Assembly: GCA_003990765.1 (NCBI GenBank)
Contig: RBNJ01000064.1
Coordinates: 1-45,174, forward strand
Source of the DNA: Jimgerdemannia flammicorona
Lineage: Eukaryota
Direction of reading: 5' to 3'
DNA length: 45,174 nt
This document shows, one piece after another, positions 36,100-45,174 of the stretch. How positions within the stretch are numbered: the stretch's first letter is position 1; every line of letters starts with the position of its first letter. The translations under genes were made by a program, and so were the position numbers. The notes under the pieces were generated by a model, which searched no databases, was not told where the DNA came from, and saw nothing but the letters and a program-made list of their open reading frames with translations.

Positions 36100-39096
36100 T
36101 AATTCTTTGATCTATATCACTTAATGTATAAATATACACTATCTGGAATAATAAACAACTCCTTCTTCTCTCTACTTCTTATTTACAATAAAGATTATAA
36201 GTCCTGTTTAATAGCTAAAAAAATACCTCTTCTAAGACTATATACTAGTCTATACCAAGATATTACAAATGACAAATTAAGGAGCCAATACAAGTATGCC
36301 AGTCATAGTAGACATAAGTACTCTCAGAATAAGTATGATGGTCATAGTTCTCATAGTAAGTATAAACACAGCCAAGAGATTAATCCTAATCTTTGATGGC
36401 AAAGATTACACTATTTGGATATTTCATATAAATAATCTTCTGAAGAAGTATGAATTGATAGAGTATATAAAACTATAAGTATAAACAATTGCTAAACATT
36501 ATGTGAGATTATATTCATATTATCAAACTAGTAAATAAAGCTTATAATATATATTATGATAGTTTATAATATATGAGAGACTCTATATAATTATCATATA
36601 TAAGCATTCTTATTAAATAGATTTTATCTGAAATTATAATTATTTAATCTATAAATAAAATTCAAAGAGAGAATTTATAAATATATATATCAATCATATT
36701 AATAATCTAGTAAATTAGGTAAATTTTCTAAGTATACCACTAGAGTATATTAGTAATAAAGATAAGATTCTAGTCCTTATAAGAGATCTCTCTGAAGTAT
36801 ATAATATTATAATAGTAGCTATATATTATAACAGTGACCCCAGAATGATGACATCAGTACAGAAGATAGTCTTTCCTTGTAAGCCACCAGATCAGAGCAC
36901 AAGAAGATCATATGGCATACAAGATGAGCAATGATGACTAACTGTGAGTTAATATGACCACAGTACAAGCATCCTGAGGAATATAAAAAAAGGATCAAGG
37001 AACTGCAGTAGCAGTAACCAATAAGACCCATCAATCCCAAAATAGCTCAAAGACTTACCACAAATGAAATGCCTGCTACTCACCAAACCTCAAGATCAAG
37101 AAATCACCAAGGTATCTTAGTTAAAGAGAGGATATTTCAAGACATCAGAAGAGCCATGAGGACCTGCTCAAGAAGGACTCCTAGTGTCAACCTGGATACT
37201 ATAGATTCTTATCACTTTACTCTCTACTGCCATAAAATGGAAACAAGGATCACCATTGCTACCGAATGCTTCTAAATATGACAGGAATATGAAATAGAAA
37301 ACCTCCTCTGCTGGGAGTTCCCACAGGCCAGCCCTCAAGAGCTACAAGATGCCACTCCCATGGATATATGTAAGGCAAGAATGCTAAGAAGATCCATCAG
37401 ATCTTCAGGCATGCACTATAGTCAATCTTCAACTTAGAGTATGTTAGAGTCTCAGATTTCAGAGACCTGTCATCCTGCCATATCAATGCACTAGATGCCA
37501 GGGTGGCTACAGAAGCCCAGTCCACTATCACTCTCAATAGTGATGAAGTAGAAGACTTCTGGCATCCTATCCTTCAGGACATTCCAGACCAATTCCTGTA
37601 AGAATTGATCTCAGTATTCTAAGGCCCAAGTATTCAGGTTAGACCTCCCCAACACCCCACATTTGTTCTCTATTTTGTGGAAGAGAACCTCACAGATTGG
37701 AGAGCTCCTGATTTCCCCACCGAACATGATGACATCATCCTGCATGAAGTACGTGAAATGTATGATGATAATGAATTTACAGACCTTATCTCCTTTAAAG
37801 ACATCCTGATCTCTGATGATGAAGTCTCCATAGTTCTGAACATTCTGCTCTAAGTCTCTTGGTTACACTGAATAATGCCAGCACTGGCATTCTGAGGTGA
37901 TGCAAAATTATTCCAGCACCAGTATTCTGATGTGATATCAAATTATACCAGTATCCTAAACCTGTACAACCATCAGTGCCAACCCTGGAACTTAGCAGTT
38001 TTTCCTATCCTGGCATTTTATTTTAGTTATTGAAATTTATATTTAGCTTTATATCTTAGCAACTATTGAATTATATTTTATATAAATACTTCTCTTATTT
38101 CCTCTGAAATAAAGTCAGTCAACTCAGTGTAATACATATAATCCCTTGCAAGCAATCTAAGAGATAACAAGACAGTTTAAAGATAAGAAGTTTGAGGACT
38201 ATAAGATTTTGGGAAGGTACTCCAATAAGAACTTACTTATAACAAACTTGAGTTAGTCTAAGAGATATACCTTGAAGAGAATCTGGTATATTTGAAGGAC
38301 TCAGAGACCACTATATGACAATATAAGAGTAGAAAACTCATAAACTATATTTACATAATAATAAACCTTATCTACAAAGAGATGTATCAAGGAAATGATG
38401 ATAATAGTGATGATGAAAAATTATTCTACAGATCATATAGATGAGGCAAAAAGTACTAATAGAGTCAAAAATGTAAATCTAAGTTTGACAGAAACTACTA
38501 TTACTATAGTCAGTATAGATATATACAATAACTACTATTATAAAGATATATAAGAAAAATAATAAAAATAAGTATAGAGGTTAGTATTAGTAATATGGAA
38601 GTTATAGAAAGAATTGAAAGAATAGCAAAGAGTAATATAATGTAAATACTGCCAAAACTAATAATAACTAAGGTAGAGGTATATTTTATATATAAGTAAT
38701 ATATATTAAGTATTTGAAGAAGACATTATCTATATCTATATCTAAGTAATATATTTTTAAGTTACATAGTAAAAAATGATGATATCAAGATAAGTAAAGT
38801 ATGTACTATACTAATATAGCTAATAATAATAATATATAACTTTTAGATTTAGATACTATGTAATATATAATAGTTCTCTGAGAATGATTCTCTTCTTTAA
38901 GTATTTGGTATTAATTAAATTAAGTAACAATAATATTATATATATTTAAGAAAGAGAAAATATCAGTATATATCTTCATGAAATATCACAGAGCCTATCA
39001 GTACTTTTTAGAATATACTATATACTCTAAAGATAAGAAGAACTTCTTTTTAATCAACAAAATAATAGTCTATAGTAATAAAGAAATTATATTATA
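36100..39096 (+). mobile_element. Ty1/Copia 5' part (LTR end, PBS at about 36195, gag, protease), interrupted by the solo LTR
   Basis: GATTATAAGTCC PBS remnant; IFDGKDYTIWIFHINNLLKKYEL (ORF 36296-36478); colinear with 29035-30550 on both sides of the solo LTR. Confidence 0.8.
36827..38320 (+). mobile_element. Solo LTR of the dUTPase-Gypsy family (1494 bp) with LTR ORF 37069-37853
   Basis: Reverse-complement homologue of 18127-19582; termini TATAAC (TG mutated to TA)...TGACA; 4-bp TSD ATAT (36823-36826, 38321-38324). Confidence 0.95.
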
Positions 39097-41300
39097 TATA
39101 ACTGACAACACTGGAATAAGGAAGCAATAACAACAGATCTTGTAATTATCTTGATCAGATGATAACTCCAATCTTATAGTATAATAATCAGATGATACTA
39201 TCTAATGACCCACTCAATCCATCAGGTGATCTGACCAAAGAGAGCAATAATAATCTGAGCTAAAATGAAGGCCATGCTATTTAAAGAACCTAGAACCAGT
39301 GTGTTATGTAAGAAAAATCAGAACAAATAAGAATACAATACCTCCTTCTCACTACTCTAACCAGACCTCCTACTATAGTATTTCTTTACTAAGTCTGAAG
39401 AGCCTTATTCTTGAAGCCATTGAAATGGCTATCTAGTGCCCTAATACTACTGATCATCTGAACTTCTATACTGAAGACCTTAGATATTTCATCAATTACT
39501 GCTATATAATGATCCAGCAGCTCAAGAATACTACTGACCAAATGACTCTCTAGTATGACTATAAAATTGAACAATGAAACCCAAGAAGATGACCAGGAAG
39601 ACCTTATTGCTGAACTATTAACCACCAACTGGCTGATAAAGAGAGCTCTTCATGTCTACCAAATCTTCTATCATGTATCCTGGGCTATAGCTTATTTACC
39701 ATTAAGCAAATAGTCTACCTCATTACTAAAGAAGTCAATTAGATAGAAGTTGAAGTTGCTGATTATATTGGGAGCAACTATATTACTATAGCAAACTAAA
39801 CCCACTCTGCCAGACTTCTATACTATCTCTCTCTAAGACAACCATTAAAGCCATCTGATAAGTCTTATGGAAATCTTTGAAGACCCACCTATTACTATTG
39901 AAGCATCTGCAGGAGTTACTATAATCACCCACTACTCTATCAGTTATATGTTACATTACATTATATGGGAACTAAACTAAGAAGTCCCAGAAGCTTCTAT
40001 TTAAGAAGAAGAAGAATACTAAAACTCTATTATCAAAACTGCTGTGATATCTCAAGATGCCCAAACTGATGAATTCTAAGAAGAAGAAGAATAACAAAAA
40101 ATCTACCAGTCTTCAGTCTATCTTCAAGCTGTGTATGAATTAGAAAACATCATTGAGGATAATTGGTCACTATTCTATCTCCTCATCTCTTAGCTAGCAC
40201 TTTCTCTCTTTGAAGAGTAGTATGATGAAGTCACAATCTAATAAGGTAATTTACTTGCCACTGGTGAAGAATACCATGTCTTTTAAGGCAGAGATCAATA
40301 TTCCTTACCAGTAGTATAGAATAAAGATATTTCAGCCTTACTCAATTTAGTTAGTATCACCCTTTACACAAGTGTATTATAGTTTAGCTAAATATAGAAT
40401 AGCCCTCCCATTACCCAAACATTCTTTGCCAGTAGTATAGAATAAAAGTATTCCAACCTTACTCCATTAGTATAGTTTTTGCCACTGATATACTACTACT
40501 GATAAACCAATAGTATATCCAGATCTTACCACTAGAGCATAGTAGAAATATGTATAAATACCCCCAAAGACAAGAGTGAATAAATCTTAGTCAGATAGTT
40601 TAAAGTAAAAAGGATTTACAGAAAAATATACTACCTCTAAGAGTAAAGGGATTACTCTTACTGTCTCAGAAATTGATACATATAAAAATTATTACAAAAC
40701 TTAAGATATAAACTACTACTACTATAAAAATCATCACAAAAAGATATAAGTCAATTAGTTTAGAACTGCTACTACAGAAATCAGATACAAGACCTCAAAC
40801 TATACAAAATTCTAGATACAAAATTGCCAACTTATTAGGAAACTTCACTAAGAACACCAGGATAACTGTCAGCATACCAGAATCTGTGATATACATATTG
40901 TCACCTTTTGCCATTCTGAACAACTAGTCATGTAACCAATGACTCATAATATGTAAACTTCAATAATATATGAACTCCAACTTAATGCAAATAAGAAATA
41001 CAAACAAATCAAATAGTAGCTGAACTGAATATTGAGCCAGAACATTATTAGATAAAAAGATAAATAATATATAAGATAATCAAGTAGTATATTAAGCTGT
41101 ACATTCTACAAGTAGGACATACATATTATATATAATAATATACTCAATAAGAGCAAAAGTATATAGTTTGAAGAATGATAAGGAGATTATAATAATGTCA
41201 AAAAATGAGACAATCTTTATATAATTAATAGTATACTAAGTAGTATAAAAGTCTCTATATATATAATAACTAATGAGAGGACTCATTTGAGCCTATAGAT
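39097..41300 (+). mobile_element. Second, diverged ORF-in-LTR retrotransposon: putative LTR about 39097-40668 plus eroded internal start
   Basis: Begins TATAAC like the family-A LTR; TATTTAAA box at about 39278; degenerate ORF about 39338-40285 homologous to the LTR ORF; ends ...TCTCA followed by a PBS-like TGATAC. Confidence 0.65.
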
Positions 41301-41591
41301 CAATAGATGCAGAAATATCTTAGGTACTTAGATCTTTGACACTATATGCCTTATCTCTATTTTGGGCTATATAGTGGATATATATTTTCTTTTTTAGTCT
41401 TCTTCACTTAATACTATCTAATTCAATGCTCTATGTACTATATACTACTCTTTATACTATAACATACATTCATATTTACTTTTATATATATTTGCACTCA
41501 CTTTTTCTAATTACATCATATTTACTATATACTTCATCTCTATAGTACTTACCATCAACTCCTGTCCTCTTATCATTATGACCCCTCCAAT

Positions 41592-42990
41592 ATGTCTAAA
41601 GGGCAACATGATCTTGGTTCTGCATCCTGCTCATTCTGCTACAATATCTCTTTTATCAAACATGTGCTCTACTTTTTGCAAGATGACCACAATGATGATG
41701 ATAATCCCAACATCAGTACTCTGATTTTATATCTCAAAAATCTACCAGAAGAAGCAACTTCCACTTTCCCCCAATACTCTTCATGGCTCTCCACCTATGC
41801 AATATCTAAGGCCTCTGTTTGAGCATAGTCTTCTACTCTAGAGCAGTCTACATCAGCAGCTCTACTGCTCCCTTCTGTCAGCTCCATCAAGGCCAACATC
41901 ATTGCACTACAAGAACATACTTCTGGCCAGAACTACTATATTGATGAGCTGCTCTACCTACTCTATGCATATCTGGCTATGACTATTATTGATATCTCAG
42001 CCTTGACCCTGATAATTGAGATCTACCCTTCTAGCAATCCTGCTATCCCTATTATAAATAAATCATTTATAGATTACACTACTACATCTCTATTAGTAGC
42101 TATCATTTCTGTGTCTTCTCTTTCAATAGTAATTCTCACCTCTGCCCCCCCTAGCTCTTATGACCTACTTGGTAATCCACAGAGTGAGTTCTTTCCTCTA
42201 CCTGCTGTTCCAATTGCTGTCACCTCCCACACTATCATTTGTGGCATCAATCTCTCACTCAAGTACACTCATATCAACCAATGCCTCTTGGCAGTGATCA
42301 TCGACAACTCCTTCTCTACTACTTCTCTCAGCCAGTTTCTGAAGCATAATGTCACATCTTCTGGCTCTCCTCCTGAGGCTCAATTCATTGAAACAATCAA
42401 CAACACCAGCACAAAGGTCATTCTGTAGAGGCCTCTATTTATTATTAAGAATCTCCCAGATGTCTCAGTATTTCTCACCACACTTCTTAGTTATTTCAGT
42501 ATTCTCCAGAATACTTATCCCAGGCTCACCAAACCTACTCTATTCTTCACCTATATTGTCAACTTTATTCTACTCTCCACATCATCCTTCTGATCAGTAC
42601 TTCTAAACTATCACATCTCCTTTCATACTAAGTACTTAACAGAGATTGTGAACAACAGTGTCTCCCCAACCTAATATTGCTTATGGGCTCACTGTGACTC
42701 TGATTTATTCATAGTGTTTAGTCTATACCAATGTCCCTGAATACTGGTTACTGCTCTTAAGCCATCTAGGCTTCATGGTTCTCTACAGTCCTCTCATCCT
42801 ACTAAAGGCTCAATCTTCTGTATGGAGAATAGTACAGTGAGCTGTCCTATATGCTATGCCTATAATGGTGTTACCAGTGACAGATTTCTCACAAAGGATC
42901 CAGGCTGTCAGTGGAAGAACTATTTCTATACTCATGTCTATATACAGTATAGCAAAGACCATTCATAGTCTCACTATTCACATAATCTAC
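41592..42990 (+). pseudogene. DIRS/Ngaro-type (tyrosine-recombinase retrotransposon) gag/ORF1, degenerate
   Basis: One frame runs through ORFs 41592-41822 and 41979-42428 and on to LLSYFSIL...F*SVLLNYHISFH...LWAHCDSDL and a C-terminal ICYAYN..GCQWKNYFYTHVYIQYSKDH (eroded Cys/His finger). Confidence 0.6.
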
Positions 42991-43020
42991 TTTTAGCTCT
43001 AGGAATTTGCTCTTGCCCTG

Positions 43021-43101
43021 CTCACCTATATTTCTCCACGCACTCCACTCACCTGTATTCCTCCACCCACTCTACTCACCTGCGATCCTCTATCTGCCTC
43101 C
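43021..43101. repeat. Three 27-bp tandem repeats (CTCACCTRTATTYCTCCAC...)
   Basis: CTCACCT recurs at 43021, 43048 and 43075. Confidence 0.8.
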
Positions 43102-43179
43102 AATATATTTCTCCAATGACCAATTATGCTTCTATCTAATGATGCCACTCACATGTCCCTTTCTCCGCTGCCTTACCAG

Positions 43180-44326
43180 TCACAAGGTTTGGTAGGTGAC
43201 CTTCCGAGTCTCCTTTCCCCTAATATTACTCCCTCTACCTCGGGTTGGTTTGCTGTGCCTACAGGGGCATGGTGGGAGGAGGGCAATGGTGATAAGTTGC
43301 CCCTTTATCAGTATCAGATTGGTGCTTCCTCCACTTTTTTGTAGATTCTGGTGCCTTCAGCTACATCTGGGGTATATCCGTTTTGGTGCAGCACCTTCTT
43401 CCTTTTGCCATCGCCAACAAGGAGTTGTCTCGGTGTATCTTGGGCTATATAGAGAGTCAGCCGACCTTGGGCATCAAGTGCTCAGTGTAGGTTACCTGCA
43501 GGTCCTTGGTGCCTGTGGTGGGGCCCTCTGGTTTTGGCGAGCTTCCTGGCGAGCGCAGTTCAGGCATAGGTGACTGTTTTTCGGGTGATGTTGGGATGAG
43601 AGGGGAGATGGCCGTCACAGATAGGAGGAAGGGCAATTATGGTGAACCAGTAGGGTGCCAGGCTGGGGGCAGTCGTCGGGGCTGGGGTGGGTGCTGCTTT
43701 GGTGGGGTCTTTTGATTGGTGCGGTGTGGTTAGGTAGTAGGTGTCACTCTTGGCTTCTTTTAGCGATTTGTGGGGTTGGGCCCCAGTCATTAGGGGGGGT
43801 CGGGGGGCCTGAGGCTACCCATTTCAGATGTCTTGGCTGTACTCAACTAGAACTAGGAGCTGATATGGCAATATGATCGAGGCCTGCAGGCTTGAGTAGT
43901 GGAGTATTGGGGGTCTCCTCCTGCCTCATGTGTAAGTTCTCTACTCACCTTGACTGAGAGAACCAGGCCCTACCCACCATATTGTACTTTGATGAGGGTT
44001 TTTTCTTTATCTATCATTCTCTTTGGGGTGGCAGGGGCTATTCTATTTGGCTCGGGTGTGGCCTTGTACATATGTTGGGTTCTCAGGTGTGCACTTTCGG
44101 TCATTGGCGTATGGCTGGGTTTTCCCTAGTGGTAGGGAGAGCATGGTGTGCAGAATGAGGTGCGGGCTACTTTGCCCTGCTGCACCTGGTATGGTTGAGC
44201 TGCTGGACAATAGCTAGCCTAAGTTAATGGGGGGGCAGTGCTTGATGGATAGAGGGGGAGGGTTTTGGCCTATATAGTCTAGGTTCCCTTCCAATAAAAA
44301 TCCATGGGACATAGAGTCTGTTAAAC

Positions 44327-44355
<29 letters not shown>
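43180..44355 (+). mobile_element. 5'-truncated LINE-like insertion of a different family with long 3' region and poly(A)
   Basis: AATAAA at about 44293 then a long A-tail at about 44328-44355; ORF 43196-43573 resembles an ORF2 C-terminus (FW..LH...LWFWRASWRAQF); left boundary uncertain. Confidence 0.55.
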
Positions 44356-44358
<3 letters not shown>

Positions 44359-44852
44359 GCTGGGGATGTCTGCTAGAGAGGTCTTGCGACTAGTGGGAGA
44401 GGAGATTGCTGGGGCTGAGTTGCTGAAATTCATCCCATTGGCAGAGGCAGTTGAGATAGGATTTGTTGAGGAGGAGGAGATGGTGAATTATGAATTTATG
44501 TTGAACTTCCATGCTGGGCATCTGGTGGATGGGGGTCAGCTGGATTGTGAGGAGTGTTATAATGTTGGGCAAGTTGGGTGTTTTGTGCAGATGTCAGAAC
44601 ATTGGCTGGGGGAGTGTGAGGTTCTGGGTGACTTTTGGATAGCTATAGGGGACCACCTTGGGGTTGAAAGGAGACCAAATGGGGAGAGAGGTCACTGGGA
44701 AGATCTGGAATCTAGACTGGTGGGAGGTGTCAGCAATAGGTGGCTTACTGTAGAATTGGTTGTAGCAGTGTGGGTGGGGTTGGCTGGACATTGGCTCTTT
44801 GTTTTTGAGGAGGGGCGATAGATAGGGATATGGGAAAAGTTATTGAGACAGA
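44356..44852 (+). mobile_element. Internally deleted L1/Tx1-like LINE fragment (ORF1 piece joined to ORF2 C-terminus)
   Basis: ORF 44366-44821: LKFIPLAEAVEIGFVEEEE matches ORF1 of 4730-10624 (VKFLKELEEVEIGFEETE); MLNFHAGHL..DCEECYNVGQ..SEHWLGECEVL matches ORF2 at about 3440-3570. Confidence 0.8.
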
Positions 44853-45174
44853 CACATCTTTCTCCGGTAACATTCAGGTTACACAAGACTCGGACAACAC
44901 TTTCTACAACGTTTTTGGTGTCCAACAACTAATAACATGGACGGCAATGATCGATCTGGTGAGCGTACTGGCCAGGGGGGTGGCAGCGCCTTTGGCTGGC
45001 AGCAGGTGGGGAGGAGGGGAGATGGTTTGGGGATGCCAGGGGCCTTGATGGCTAGCCGGGGCCCCAGCGGCGGAGGGAGGGGAGGTCTGAGGCAGAGAGG
45101 AGGGGAGAGGACGACCTTTGCTGACAAGGTCAGGATGGGGGCGATGGCTTCTGGGCTGGATAGTTGGCTGGGCC
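44853..45174 (+). mobile_element. 5' end of a young L1/Tx1-like LINE; ORF1 starts at ATG 44937 and is open to the window end
   Basis: 5' end CATCTTTCTCCGGT...ACACAAGACTCGGACAACAC is homologous to the 5' ends at about 10619 and 16997; MDGNDRSGERTGQGGGSAFGWQQV...TFADKVR; CpG retained. Confidence 0.88.

Noticed and set aside
17000-41500. Ile/Tyr/Lys-rich short ORFs resembling organellar or AT-rich host genes (e.g. 17222-17419, 27823-28116, 30473-30676, 31049-31303)
   Set aside because: Products of C>T/G>A erosion of retrotransposon sequence; no coherent host gene.

Overview
Eukaryotic (probably fungal, by inference) transposon graveyard; no recognisable host gene, rRNA, tRNA or CRISPR. It contains several nested L1/Tx1-like LINE copies (21-4059 +, 4730-10624 -, 12532-16997 -, and pieces at 43180-45174), a Penelope-like RT element split by a LINE (about 4590-12294), four degenerate Ty1/Copia copies, a DIRS/Ngaro-type gag, two copies of a hAT MITE and a TA-flanked foldback MITE. 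Older copies are heavily eroded by C>T/G>A changes at CpG and CpA/TpG (RIP-like). The most unusual object is a full-length 8.6 kb Ty3/Gypsy element (18127-26711, -). It has a dUTPase between protease and RT, 4-bp TSDs, and 1456-bp LTRs that each carry a roughly 267-codon ORF of unknown function downstream of a TATA box. The same ORF is in a solo LTR (36827-38320, with frame-preserving distal indels) and, recognisable at the protein level, in a putative LTR of a second, diverged family (about 39097-40668). This points to a conserved LTR-encoded accessory gene. Boundaries of degenerate elements are approximate; all translations and alignments were done by eye.
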